From an uncultured bacterium (GTDB taxonomy: Bacteria; Krumholzibacteriota; Krumholzibacteriia; WVZY01), in the NCBI GenBank assembly GCA_964464035.1, contig CAYXEN010000007.1:868-64867 (forward strand): a stretch of DNA of 64,000 bases. Direction: 5' to 3'. Both the position numbers and the translations under genes were made by a program. Positions 1 to 10,067 of the stretch are shown here, one piece after another; position 1 is the stretch's first letter; each line of letters opens with the position of its first letter. The notes under the pieces are model-generated. The model saw nothing but the letters and a program-made list of their open reading frames with translations, ran no database searches and was not told the DNA's origin.

Positions 1-263
1 TAGACGTCATACTGAACAACGGATCCGGGATTTTCGACACGGTGAACCCGTTCAGCGCCGACATCACGGTCCCCGCCTCCGCCATATCTTTCGCATTCCT
101 GGATCAGGATGCCGACATAGACGTCGTATCGGCGGGGAACACGGCCGGAAGCTTGTTCTCATTCGTACAACTCCCAACCAATGAACTCAATCAGACGGTG
201 AACTCACCCTTCCTGTCAGGGGGCACGGCTGTTCTCCTGCGGGTCGGAGAGATAGGCAATTAA
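1..263 (+). CDS. C-terminal fragment of an upstream gene truncated by the window start; function unknown, possibly pilus-associated given the neighbour
   Basis: Open frame runs from the window edge (phase starting at nt 3) to TAA at 261..263. A strong SD for the next gene follows immediately. Confidence 0.35.
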   Translation, partial: DVILNNGSGIFDTVNPFSADITVPASAISFAFLDQDADIDVVSAGNTAGSLFSFVQLPTNELNQTVNSPFLSGGTAVLLRVGEIGN

Positions 264-277
264 CAAGGAGGAGCAAA

Positions 278-2362
278 ATGTTGAGGGGCTTGAAGAAAAC
301 GATTGCATCCGAACAAGGATCAGCCCTTGTCATCGCGCTGCTTGTGATCCTGAGCTTGACCGTTCTCGTCACGGGCTATTCGCTCGTCACGAACACGGAG
401 ACGAACATATCGAGCTTGCAGCAGCGTGAGACCAAGACTTTCTACATCGCCCAAACGGCGCTCGATCGCTCGATAAAGCAGCTCATGGAGAGTCCCGGCT
501 GGAGAGACGGCTTCACGCAGCAGCAATTCGAGGGCGGCACCTACGACGTCAAGGTTTATGATTCGACTGATGACGGCGTCGGTGTTTACGACCCGAGCAT
601 CCCTGCGAACTATGTGAAGGTTGTGGCAACAGCGACTCTGAACGACACGAAGAAAGAGGTCGAGGCGCTTTGGGTGAATCCGCTTTCGGCTTTCAACTAT
701 GCATATTCCGCCGGCAACAGGATACAGCTCGACAACCATGGAACCCCGAGCGCCGTGGTGACGGCGGACATGCACAACAACTCATGGCAGGGAGACATCA
801 TCAAGCTCGATGAGGGAACCACGGTATACGGCAACGTCTCCGCGGTAGGCGACATCATAGTCGGCAATCCCATCGATGGGAACCCATGCTTGGTCTATGG
901 AAACGTCTGGGGGAATAACATCTCGATAACCAACAACAGCGAAGTGCGAAAGTACGAGAACCTGGACGAAATGACGGTGGGAAGGGATCTCAACGGCGAC
1001 GGCGACACCAACGACACGGGTTTGACCAAGGGATTGGCCGAAGTGCATGGAGCCACTTCGATAACATCCGGGGGGACCTCGCTCTCGGACGGCGACACGG
1101 ACGTTCGCATAGCGGGCGGCAGCCAGCCCGTTACCGTGGGCGGCGATGCTCCCGCTCCGATCATCGATCCACGGCCGGATTTCGGCCAGTATTACGAACT
1201 GGTGACCGGGACGACCAATTATCCCCCGGGAATGAACCATGTATCGACGCCTATCCCCGGCGACGGCGACGGTCACTACTTCGCTTCCACGGCCGCTTTC
1301 ACCAACTGGCTGAACAGCCAGGGTACTCAGAACGTATATTGCTGGAGATGCGCCGGCGACGGTTTGATCGGCCCGAGCAACTCGATCCCCTGCCCGACCT
1401 GCGGCGGTACCGGCTCGGTGGCTGCAGTGGTCGCTTCGGGTGTATTCTACATCGACGACGCGATGGTCGATTTGAGCACATACGACAAGAATGTAGTGCT
1501 CCACGGCTCGATCGTCGTGGCACAAGGGGATCCCAACAATTGGCCATCGAAAACCGTGTCCGTGCCGGGCGGAACCGCCACTATCGATCACTTTCCGCAG
1601 GACGGGCGCTTCATCTTGAAGGGCGCGGCACGAAAGAATTTCACCCAGACTTACAGGTCCGACCAGGAAGGCGGCCCCTACGCATGGAACATCCGCGAAG
1701 TATACACCGGGAGCGACAAACAGACCTTCCCCATCCCCGAGCCGGAGGACGGGCACTTCATGAGGAACTTCCCTTCGATAATCACTCCCATCAAGACCGA
1801 CATCCACCCGCGTGAGTCCGGAAGCGCTTACTACCAGGCGGACATAGGAGACGAGGTCATGACCATCCTCCAGGGAGTGATGTACTCCGAAGGCGAAGTC
1901 CACATGCACGGAAGCGGCGGCTCGAAAGGCACCACGACGTTCGACGAGACGAAGGACCGCAAGAGCGGAGACAAGCTGGACGAGAAGAAATTGGCCACCG
2001 ACCTCAACGGGGACGGCGACATGAGCGACAAGGTGAGAGTGAGCGACATCACCACCGTGCCCGTGATCCCCGCCGGCGGCGGCAAGTTCAACGTCGACAT
2101 CGACAGCAGCGGCACCCTGGAAGTTGTCACCCTGGGCATGGACTACAACGGGTTCTTCCGCGACAACGGGTACGAGTATCCGGTGCTGCTCTACCACGAG
2201 GGTATCCTCTTGGGCCAGAAGCTTCACACTTGTGAGCACTACCTCATTATCTTCGACCCGCTCATCGCGGCTTCAGGTATTCCGTTCGGATTCAACGTCA
2301 ATTTCGGTTCCGAGCAGGGATACAAGGGATTGGTGTCCTGGCGGGAAAACACGACTGAATAG
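278..2362 (+). CDS. PilX-like (type IV pilus minor pilin-like) large secreted protein with Asp-rich Ca-binding repeats and a Cys4 zinc-ribbon
   Basis: SD AAGGAGGA 8 nt upstream of ATG. The N-terminus GSALVIALLVILSLTVLVTGYSL resembles the PilX_N hydrophobic segment. Two DLNGDGDxxD thrombospondin-type-3-like repeats are present. CWRCAGDG...CPTCGGTG forms a zinc ribbon. Length is 694 aa. Confidence 0.55.
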   Translation: MLRGLKKTIASEQGSALVIALLVILSLTVLVTGYSLVTNTETNISSLQQRETKTFYIAQTALDRSIKQLMESPGWRDGFTQQQFEGGTYDVKVYDSTDDGVGVYDPSIPANYVKVVATATLNDTKKEVEALWVNPLSAFNYAYSAGNRIQLDNHGTPSAVVTADMHNNSWQGDIIKLDEGTTVYGNVSAVGDIIVGNPIDGNPCLVYGNVWGNNISITNNSEVRKYENLDEMTVGRDLNGDGDTNDTGLTKGLAEVHGATSITSGGTSLSDGDTDVRIAGGSQPVTVGGDAPAPIIDPRPDFGQYYELVTGTTNYPPGMNHVSTPIPGDGDGHYFASTAAFTNWLNSQGTQNVYCWRCAGDGLIGPSNSIPCPTCGGTGSVAAVVASGVFYIDDAMVDLSTYDKNVVLHGSIVVAQGDPNNWPSKTVSVPGGTATIDHFPQDGRFILKGAARKNFTQTYRSDQEGGPYAWNIREVYTGSDKQTFPIPEPEDGHFMRNFPSIITPIKTDIHPRESGSAYYQADIGDEVMTILQGVMYSEGEVHMHGSGGSKGTTTFDETKDRKSGDKLDEKKLATDLNGDGDMSDKVRVSDITTVPVIPAGGGKFNVDIDSSGTLEVVTLGMDYNGFFRDNGYEYPVLLYHEGILLGQKLHTCEHYLIIFDPLIAASGIPFGFNVNFGSEQGYKGLVSWRENTTE

Positions 2363-2369
2363 GCTCTCT

Positions 2370-3614
2370 CTAACCTGAGCCGGAAAGGGAGTGTGCCGTT
2401 CTCCCGAGAAGGGAGCGGTACACTCCCAAGTATTTCTTCCTTTCGCGGTTCCATCTGTAGGTCTCGTAGATTTCCTTCACTTTCACCATTCTCTCCAGGA
2501 CCTCTTCGGGATGCGCATAGACGTAAAAGATCTTCTCCGCCAAGTCCTCATGGTTTCCCGGCTCGAAATACACTATCGTATCCTCTGGAAAATAGGATGC
2601 AACCGAGTCGAGGCGGGAAGCGATCACCGGCTTTCCCATGGCGATGTACTCGTACATCTTGTTCGTGTGGACCAGGACGGAATACGGATTCTTTCGCATC
2701 GGGACGATTCCCACGTCGCATGAAAGTATCTCGCGCACCATCTCCTCGAAGGGAACGAAGCCGAGGTATTCCACGCGTTCCTTGATATCGATTTCCTCGC
2801 AAAGCCCGAGTATCTCCTCGAGGTAATCACCTTTGCCCAGGAAGCGGAACCGGATACCCGGGATCCGCTCCTCGAGAAGGCCCACGGCCCTCACGATCAA
2901 ATCGAGGCCGTAGCGTTCTTCGATGGCCCCGTGACAGAAAACGCGGAACTCCCCTCTGCGCTTCCCCTCCCTCTTGATCCTGTCGACTTCCTCACGCAGG
3001 CCGACGAATCTTTCCAGGCTGAACAGGTCGTCGTCGGGAACGTTCACTATCACGGTGATCTTGTTCACGTCCGCCCCTCTCTTGCCGAAATTGTCCCGCA
3101 TTTCCCGGGTCACAGTCAGGACCCTGTCGGCGAAACGCAGGCTGATCTTCTCGACCAGCTTGATGAGGCCGATGAACCATTTGTAGCGCCAGCCGGGGAA
3201 CATCGTGCCGAAGAGTTCCGGCATGGGCTCGTGCATGTGCAATATCACTTTCGCTCCCATGAGCTTCGGGACGAGGGCGGCGAAAACCAGCGCGTCGGGC
3301 ATCGTGTTGACTTGGACGACATCGAAACGACGCCGGAGATGCAGAGCGGCCGACTTCCACGCGGCAAGCAGGAAGAAGGCGTTGTACTCGAATATGTAGC
3401 GAAGGATTTTCCCTCTCTTGTGCCCCACCGGCATGCGGAAGACCTCCACGCCGTCTATGGTCTCCCTGGCTTTCTCACCCTCCTGGCGCAGGCAAATGAT
3501 CGAGACTTCATACCCCTCCTTGACGAGCGCCTCCGCTTCGCGTTTCACGTTGAGCTCGGATGGATAGAAGCTGTGCCTTATGAAACAGACTCTTGGAGGT
3601 CTTTCCGCGCCCAT
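2370..3614 (-). CDS. glycosyltransferase family 1 (GT4)
   Basis: Sequence reads as a GT-B fold GT4 enzyme (…EGYEVSIICLRQEGE…; C-terminal EX7E-like region), and the ORF is intact at 414 aa. Confidence 0.8.
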   Translation of the reverse strand: MGAERPPRVCFIRHSFYPSELNVKREAEALVKEGYEVSIICLRQEGEKARETIDGVEVFRMPVGHKRGKILRYIFEYNAFFLLAAWKSAALHLRRRFDVVQVNTMPDALVFAALVPKLMGAKVILHMHEPMPELFGTMFPGWRYKWFIGLIKLVEKISLRFADRVLTVTREMRDNFGKRGADVNKITVIVNVPDDDLFSLERFVGLREEVDRIKREGKRRGEFRVFCHGAIEERYGLDLIVRAVGLLEERIPGIRFRFLGKGDYLEEILGLCEEIDIKERVEYLGFVPFEEMVREILSCDVGIVPMRKNPYSVLVHTNKMYEYIAMGKPVIASRLDSVASYFPEDTIVYFEPGNHEDLAEKIFYVYAHPEEVLERMVKVKEIYETYRWNRERKKYLGVYRSLLGRTAHSLSGSG

Positions 3615-3619
3615 GGTTT

Positions 3620-4612
3620 CTACCGGCCTCTCCTTCTTCCGGCTACTTCCTCGTATATCTCAATGAGCCGCCTCGACGTATCGTCCAGCGAGTACTGCAT
3701 CATCCGGGACCTTGCCTCGATGCGGCACTTTCGTTCGAGACATTCAACCAGCTTTACCGCGATCTCCTCGGGATCCGGCGGAACGATGGAACAGCCCTCG
3801 ATGCCGGACAGAACCGCCGCGGCGTCACCGACGTCCGTGCTGATCACGGGAACGTTGCAAGCGAGAGCCTCGCGCAGAGTGACCGGCGACGCTTCGAAAG
3901 ACGACGTGAGCAACATGACATTGCTGGCGTTCATGTACAAGGGGACTTTTTCGTGCGGAACATTCTCCAGGCTCAGGAGCTCCACCGCGCCCGTCTTTTC
4001 ACGCGCGATTCTAACTGAGGCCTCGGCCAGTTCAAAGCGCTTTTCCACTCGCTCGCGGGTGGAAGGAAAGAGCACGTAATTCATCCCGATTTCGAGCCCG
4101 AGTTCCGCCCGCGCTTTCTCACGGTCGATCGGCTTGAACAGGTCGGTGTCGATGCCGCTCGGCAAGACGTAGGCGTCGCTGCGTCCCAGGTGATCCCTCA
4201 ACCACTCTGCGACCAGGATGACTGCGTCCACCCTCCCCGCCACCATCCTCTTGAAACGCTTCGAGTACGCCAGGATCTTGATCTTTGCGTCCTTGTCCGC
4301 GATCGATTCATCCCCGGCGATCTCACCCTCATGGAACGTCCAGACGACGGGAGGGCGCCGCGGGACCAGGCCTGCTATGAACCCGCAGTAGGAATGGTGC
4401 ACGTGAACGATATCATAATCCCCCTTGCGAAGTTTTCTCCCGAAGCTCAGCGGCGAAACCAGATAGTTGAACTTGGAGGCGATGCCGTTCACGAAGAACA
4501 CATCGACCTCGCACCCTCGCGCGCGAAGAGCTTCCACTTCGTCACGGACGAAGGAACCGTAGAAAGGCATCCCGGGGAATGGATACATATTCGTGAAAAC
4601 CAGGACCTTCAT
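3620..4612 (-). CDS. glycosyltransferase family 1 (GT4)
   Basis: MKVLVFTNMYPFPG… has GT4 N- and C-domains. Its start ATG overlaps the stop of the upstream gene (ATGA coupling at 4609..4612). Confidence 0.8.
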   Translation of the reverse strand: MKVLVFTNMYPFPGMPFYGSFVRDEVEALRARGCEVDVFFVNGIASKFNYLVSPLSFGRKLRKGDYDIVHVHHSYCGFIAGLVPRRPPVVWTFHEGEIAGDESIADKDAKIKILAYSKRFKRMVAGRVDAVILVAEWLRDHLGRSDAYVLPSGIDTDLFKPIDREKARAELGLEIGMNYVLFPSTRERVEKRFELAEASVRIAREKTGAVELLSLENVPHEKVPLYMNASNVMLLTSSFEASPVTLREALACNVPVISTDVGDAAAVLSGIEGCSIVPPDPEEIAVKLVECLERKCRIEARSRMMQYSLDDTSRRLIEIYEEVAGRRRGR

Positions 4613-6420
4613 GGCGTTGGATCCTTGGCGGGGCGCCACCTCCCCGGATTGACCTGGCCGGGGTTGGAAAGGAGCACCGCGTTGATCAAAGTTCCGTAAC
4701 GTGCATAGTACGCCTGAAGCGTATCGCGCGTCATGATCTCGTGGGTGTTTTCAATGGTTTCGCCGGGGGGGATCACCTGATGGCCTCTCCTCCCGGCGAG
4801 AGTCTTGAAAGCCTCCCTCGCCGAGACGAGGTGCGAGATATCGCCCTCCTCGGGTTTTCGCGCGAGGGCCACGTCCTCTTCGACGTCGAGCAGGAAGGCG
4901 CTGTCGGCACGGGGTGCCAGCCGCAGGAGGATCCCGGGGACGGCGGGCACTTTTTCGATCGGACGGCCGGAGGCGACGGCGAAGTCGACGATCGCATCCT
5001 CCACGTAGCGATCGCAGATCACCACCCTGCCCAGCAGCAAGTGCATCCTCGTCTTGACTGCGTATACCCATGCGACGTCCAGCGTCAAGATGGCCGCGTA
5101 CAGAAAGCGCATCAGCGGATTGGCCAGCATCCGGCGCCGGTAGCGTACCTTCCCGGCCTCCGTATCATCGCCGGCCTCGCCGGCTGCGGCTCTTCGCGTT
5201 AACTTCTTGGCCGCCGAAGTGAGAAAAGACATCAACCGGGACGAACCGCCGCGATACCATATGGTCGTCACCCGAAGATCGCACTTTTTCACGGCCCTCA
5301 GCAGCAGCTCCGCCTGCACGGTCTTGCCGCTGCCGTCGCACCCACTCAAGCTCACGAGCCAAGGCTTCTGGCTCTTGATCCTCATCTTCCACCTGACCGC
5401 CCATAGAAAGGTCTTGATCCAGTCGGCAGCGCGGGTGGAAAAGCGTCGAGAGGGATCGATCGAGATCTTGTGATAGTAAGCGGCCTTGTCGGCCAGGAAA
5501 GGGATCCGGGCCGGAATCCCCTCCATGTAAGTGACCCGTTCGAGAATGGCCGAGTTGAAGAACCTCTTGCCTTCGAGGGCCTTCTCCAGCCGCTCCCTGC
5601 CGTCACCTTCGATGAAACCGCTGCCGAAGAGATTCGACCACGCATCGTCGAACACGAGGAGGGCGGCGTGAAATCCTTGCTCCCATCCCATGGCGCGGGC
5701 ATCCACGGCGGCATCGAGGAAGGTCCCGCCCGAATCGGACAGGGCCTTGGCCGTGAGATACAAGTTCGACAGGTTCAGCTCCTTGTCCTCGTAAAACCAG
5801 TGGGCAAGGGTTATCAATAGGCTCTCGCGCGGGCCGGGAATCGAGACGCCTTCGTCGTCCGGCGCCTTCTGTTTCGAGGCCCAGACTTTCTCCCCGGCAA
5901 CGAACGGGACGCCCCAGCCTATTTCCTCGTGGAGGTGCAGGGTATAGCTGGTTTCGTCGCCCGCGAAGCGGCGAAAGAGGAACTTCCCCGGTTCCTCCGT
6001 GTTGATGAGCTCGACGTACCCGTTTTCATGAAGCAGTTTCCTCGCATCGTCCCCCCTCTCCCGTTCCACGAGCACATCCAGGTTGCTGCTCAAGTGGGGA
6101 AACGAGGGATAGAGTCCCGTCGACTTGATGAGTATCGTCTCGATGCCTTCCGCCGCGAACGCTCTTTTCACCCGCTCGAACTCGCGGCGCAGCTTCTCGA
6201 ACAATTCAGCTTCATGCGAGAGTCGATCCCCGAAGAGCCCTCGCACGGCGTCCTCGCCGTAGCGATCCGCCAGTGAAAGAAAGGACACCTTGTTTCGCTG
6301 GAGCGCCGCGGCCACCAGGGAGGCTGTTTCCATACCGACCTTTTCGAGGCACGGCTCCCCCCACGGATTCGACACCGCCGCCGCCAGCCTGAGAATCTCC
6401 TGTTCAAGAGGCATCTTCAT
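4609..6420 (-). CDS. fusion protein: N-terminal PF14907-type uncharacterised nucleotidyltransferase domain plus C-terminal thymidylate-kinase-like P-loop domain
   Basis: The N-terminal half carries SNLDVLVERE…YTLHLHEEI motifs typical of the NTP_transf_5 family. The C-terminal half has the P-loop LSGCDGSGKT and ICDRYVEDAIVDFA (Tmk-like DRY motif). Length is 603 aa. Confidence 0.6.
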   Translation of the reverse strand: MKMPLEQEILRLAAAVSNPWGEPCLEKVGMETASLVAAALQRNKVSFLSLADRYGEDAVRGLFGDRLSHEAELFEKLRREFERVKRAFAAEGIETILIKSTGLYPSFPHLSSNLDVLVERERGDDARKLLHENGYVELINTEEPGKFLFRRFAGDETSYTLHLHEEIGWGVPFVAGEKVWASKQKAPDDEGVSIPGPRESLLITLAHWFYEDKELNLSNLYLTAKALSDSGGTFLDAAVDARAMGWEQGFHAALLVFDDAWSNLFGSGFIEGDGRERLEKALEGKRFFNSAILERVTYMEGIPARIPFLADKAAYYHKISIDPSRRFSTRAADWIKTFLWAVRWKMRIKSQKPWLVSLSGCDGSGKTVQAELLLRAVKKCDLRVTTIWYRGGSSRLMSFLTSAAKKLTRRAAAGEAGDDTEAGKVRYRRRMLANPLMRFLYAAILTLDVAWVYAVKTRMHLLLGRVVICDRYVEDAIVDFAVASGRPIEKVPAVPGILLRLAPRADSAFLLDVEEDVALARKPEEGDISHLVSAREAFKTLAGRRGHQVIPPGETIENTHEIMTRDTLQAYYARYGTLINAVLLSNPGQVNPGRWRPAKDPTP

Positions 6421-7456
6421 CTTCCAGCTTTTCGAGCAACCTCGACGCCACGCTCTTCCATGTGAAATCTTCGAGATCCCTTATCTCCGGTCGCGGCGAT
6501 TTCCTGATCGCTTCGCTTCTCTCCCTGAGCTCGCCGCGATCGGACCAGTAGAGCAAGTCCGGTCCCTCGGGCAGGAAGTCGCGCAAGCCGCCGAACGGAG
6601 TGGCGAGAACCGGCAGCCCCGAGGCCAGCGCCTCGAGAACGCCCAGGGGGAACTCGATGCACCCTTCGGTGTCTTCGACCGGGAAGACGTAGCAATCCGC
6701 CATGCGCAGGTACTCCTCGACCTTTACGTATTCCCTTATGACCCGGATGCCGATCGCTTCCAGTTCCGAGCGCAGGCTCGCATCCTCGGGAGTGCTGGTG
6801 CTGCCTATCACGATCACCCCGGCTCCCGGTTGTTCGGCAAGCGCGCCGAGGGCGAGCAGGTTTCTCTTCCTGCTGATGTGCCCTACGTGAAGATACAGGA
6901 AAGTCCCCTCATCGATTCCGTGACGAGCGCGCAGCTCTGCGCGTTCCTCTCCGCGGGGAGGCCGGAAACACTCCGGGTCGACTCCCGGCGGAACGGCTTC
7001 GCCCCGAAGGCCCATGCGCTCGAAGTACAGGAGAGTCGCGTAGGAGGGAACGAATATGAGATCGGGGGCGGTGAGCCTGAGATAGGGCCTCCAGATCCTG
7101 CCGTGTTTTCTCGGGATCATCGCCACCATCGCCGATTTGGCTCTCGGAACGTGCCTGCGCAACGCCGCCGCCCGGAAGAAGCTGGCCTGGGTCGATGAAG
7201 GAGAAGGAACGTAAAGGACGAAGTCGGGATCGAACGCCCTCAGTCGACCGCGAAGCTCCGAAGAGAGAAAGGTTCTCGATCCCCCGACCCGCTCCGCGGC
7301 CTTCCCATCCACACCGCTCCGATCCACGTTCAGGAGGAGAACCGGCATCTCGCCGCGAAGAGCCTCGGCGACCGAGAAAGTGTATTTCTTGATTCCTTCA
7401 TCCCACGGTTCGGCCAGGTCTTCCGATATCACCGCTATCTTTTTTTCGCCATGCAT
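6404..7456 (-). CDS. glycosyltransferase family 1 (GT4)
   Basis: GT4-like N- and C-domains with a C-terminal E…E motif region; 350 aa. The start overlaps the end of the downstream gene. Confidence 0.8.
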   Translation of the reverse strand: MHGEKKIAVISEDLAEPWDEGIKKYTFSVAEALRGEMPVLLLNVDRSGVDGKAAERVGGSRTFLSSELRGRLRAFDPDFVLYVPSPSSTQASFFRAAALRRHVPRAKSAMVAMIPRKHGRIWRPYLRLTAPDLIFVPSYATLLYFERMGLRGEAVPPGVDPECFRPPRGEERAELRARHGIDEGTFLYLHVGHISRKRNLLALGALAEQPGAGVIVIGSTSTPEDASLRSELEAIGIRVIREYVKVEEYLRMADCYVFPVEDTEGCIEFPLGVLEALASGLPVLATPFGGLRDFLPEGPDLLYWSDRGELRERSEAIRKSPRPEIRDLEDFTWKSVASRLLEKLEDEDAS

Positions 7457-7501
7457 ATTCTCGTCGAGGGCGATTGCTTGCTCCCAGGTCGCTCTTTCCC
7501 G

Positions 7502-8761
7502 TCAGGCGCCCCGCAGGCGGTTGAGGAAATCCCAGATCGTAACCGCGTCGATATCACCGGTCACCGCGAGCGCACTCCTGTTGCCGTGAGGCCAGGTGCC
7601 GAACCTGACCAGGGGCCCCGGAAATCCGTCCAGCTCGGCCAGCGAATCGAGAACGTCGCCGTCGCCGAGCTTGCCGAGGTGGATGACATAGTCATCCGGG
7701 TCCGCGCCCACCTCTATTATGTATCCCTTGTCGCGGAGAAGCTGGACGGCCCTCCTGTCGCTCCCCGGGCTCACCCCGACGCACGTCCTCTTCCCCCCGG
7801 GCATGTCGATCTCGCCCGGCTCGACTCTTCTCTCGCTTCCGTTTTCGCGGATGAAGACCGTGGTGCCTTCGCAGACTTTGACTGTCACTCTCACCTTGTC
7901 GCCCATGTCGACCAGGGTCGCCGAGTTGTCGTGCTTCCGGTTCCACCAATCCGCTATCTCGCCGAGTGTCGCGATCCAGACCCCCGCCCGCCTGTTCCTG
8001 CAGTCCGCGAGCAACCCCCCGAGGGCGGATGCGAAGAAGTCGATTCTCTCAGGATGGAGCTGCAAGGTGAACAGTTCCCCTCTCTCATGGGAGCGATCGA
8101 GAATACGGGCCCATACTTTTCCGAGGGCCTCTGCATCGTGGATGTACATCCTGTCGAGCAGTATCTCGTCGTCCGGCAAGGATACCGGGATCTCCACGAA
8201 GCCCCGCTTCTTGAAAGGAAGCACGACGACTTCCTCGGCCCTCCATGGCTTGTAGAATTCCAAACCTCTGTCCAAGCCTTCCTTCTCCCTGGGAGAGAGG
8301 GCTTCCACGTCGAGGACGTCCCAGAAGACCGCCTGGTTGCTGCTGTAGAGAAATTGATAGGTTTCCACAACCCTCATGGTTTCCTCGTTCCAGTGAAGGT
8401 ACGGCGCGCGGAAACCGGTGAAGGGAATGCCGTGACCGCGGAACGTGTGCACCGCCAGCTCGATGTTGCGAGCCTGCTCCTCATAGGAGAGAGTGGTGAG
8501 ATCGACGTGGGTGTAGGCATGCACCGCAAGTTCGGCGCCGCGGCTCATGAGGTTCCGGGCGAAATCGGGGTGTCTCTTCATGGGAAGGGCGGTCACGGGG
8601 AACGTGGGGGAACAATCGAACTTCTCGAGCAGAGCGATGAACCGCTCGAACCTGCCTCCCATGCGCGTCGTGGTCGGGCCGAAGCGGGTGAGAACCTGCA
8701 CGGCTCTCTTCGCCAAGTTGGCGGCTCCCCGCGAGTTGTAGACGAACTTGAATACATTCAT
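7502..8761 (-). CDS. polysaccharide deacetylase (NodB-homology domain) with C-terminal extension
   Basis: The NodB-like region contains …AVHAYTHVDL… and …FRAPYLHW… His motifs; 419 aa. Confidence 0.7.
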   Translation of the reverse strand: MNVFKFVYNSRGAANLAKRAVQVLTRFGPTTTRMGGRFERFIALLEKFDCSPTFPVTALPMKRHPDFARNLMSRGAELAVHAYTHVDLTTLSYEEQARNIELAVHTFRGHGIPFTGFRAPYLHWNEETMRVVETYQFLYSSNQAVFWDVLDVEALSPREKEGLDRGLEFYKPWRAEEVVVLPFKKRGFVEIPVSLPDDEILLDRMYIHDAEALGKVWARILDRSHERGELFTLQLHPERIDFFASALGGLLADCRNRRAGVWIATLGEIADWWNRKHDNSATLVDMGDKVRVTVKVCEGTTVFIRENGSERRVEPGEIDMPGGKRTCVGVSPGSDRRAVQLLRDKGYIIEVGADPDDYVIHLGKLGDGDVLDSLAELDGFPGPLVRFGTWPHGNRSALAVTGDIDAVTIWDFLNRLRGA

Positions 8762-8811
8762 CCTTTATCGCCTTTCCGGGCCGGCACGCCGGCTCGACTA
8801 CGCGTGAAGCG

Positions 8812-9957
8812 TCACCGGCAAAGCAGGCTTGCGAACAATTCTTCCCGGCCCGCATTCATCCCGGCCAGAGTGAACCTCTCCTCCACGAGTTTCCTGCCCG
8901 TGTTCCCGAACTCCTTCATTCTCACTGTATTACCGAGAAGGTCCAGGATCGCCCTCGCCAGACCGGCCGCGTCGAGCGGGGGCACGAGGATCCCGTTCAC
9001 CCCGTCCTCGACCAGTTCCCGCATGCTTCCCACGTCCGTCGCCACAACGGGAAGCCCCGAGGCCATGGCCTCCAATACGGCGTTGGGAAACGCTTCCGTC
9101 CGTGACGACAGGACGAAGAGATCCGCTTCACGAAGAACCCCCGGTACGTCATCGCGCACGCCGGTGAAGACCACTCTGTCTCCGATACCTAGTCTCCCGG
9201 CGAGTTCCTCGAGCTCCCTCCTCTGCGGGCCGTCACCCACCACCAGGAACCTCGCGTCCCGTCGCTCGCGGGCCACGCGCGCGCACGCCTCGAGAAAAAC
9301 GTCTATGCACTTGAGCGGCTTGAGCGAGGCGACCGTCACGATCAATGTTTCGCTCCCGCCTATCCCCAGGGATTCCCTGATCCCTGCATCCGGTCCGTCC
9401 GGTCGGTACTCGCTCACGTCGACCCCGTTGTGAATCACCGTGATCCTGTCCCTGGGAACACCCTCGCGGGAGACGAGGTAATCGCGGTGCGAGTCCGCCA
9501 CGGCTATGAAACGGTCCGCTTTTCCGAGCCAGGGCTTGAGATACCACTTGATCAGCTTGCCGCCCTCCGGCGTGCCGGTTGCATGGACGGAAACGATCCA
9601 TGCCCGCACCTTTCCGCTCCTCTTCGCCAGCGAGGAAAATATCACCGTATTGGGATGAAGGAAAGAATATATGAGCTCGATCCTCTCCTTCGCAAGAATG
9701 CCCGCGAACCGCCGGTAAGCGGTGAAATCGTACTTGTGCCCGAGGAGGTTCTCGTAGAAGGCGAACCCCAGCTCCTTGAAAGCATCGCCGAAGTACCCGC
9801 CTTTCTTGAGACAGCACACGACGACGTCGAAATGGTCGCGGTCGAGTGAAGACACGAAGTCGAAGAGCTTCTTTTCCAGCCCGCCCATGTCGATGCTGTT
9901 GTCGAGCAGCATTATCCTGTGCTTGCCGCCGCATCTTTCTATTGTTTTTTCAGACAT
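8812..9957 (-). CDS. glycosyltransferase family 1 (GT4)
   Basis: MLLDNSIDMGGLEKKLFDF… N-domain and C-terminal EAFPNAVLEAMASGLPVVATDVG motif typical of GT4. Confidence 0.8.
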   Translation of the reverse strand: MSEKTIERCGGKHRIMLLDNSIDMGGLEKKLFDFVSSLDRDHFDVVVCCLKKGGYFGDAFKELGFAFYENLLGHKYDFTAYRRFAGILAKERIELIYSFLHPNTVIFSSLAKRSGKVRAWIVSVHATGTPEGGKLIKWYLKPWLGKADRFIAVADSHRDYLVSREGVPRDRITVIHNGVDVSEYRPDGPDAGIRESLGIGGSETLIVTVASLKPLKCIDVFLEACARVARERRDARFLVVGDGPQRRELEELAGRLGIGDRVVFTGVRDDVPGVLREADLFVLSSRTEAFPNAVLEAMASGLPVVATDVGSMRELVEDGVNGILVPPLDAAGLARAILDLLGNTVRMKEFGNTGRKLVEERFTLAGMNAGREELFASLLCR

Positions 9958-10042
9958 TTCTCATTGCCTACCAGATCGATCTTCGCTGTCGATTCCACGC
10001 CCGGGCGCGACCGGCCGGGACGAATCCTAGCATAAAACGGTC

Positions 10043-10067
10043 CTGAATATAATGCTAACATATTCAG
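10043..10067 (+). promoter_or_regulatory. perfect 8-bp inverted repeat CTGAATAT-N9-ATATTCAG overlapping a consensus -10 TATAAT (10048..10053) upstream of queF
   Basis: Seen directly in the divergent region between the GT4 gene (minus) and queF (plus). The TATAAT hexamer is perfect. The palindrome is a candidate operator. Confidence 0.4.
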
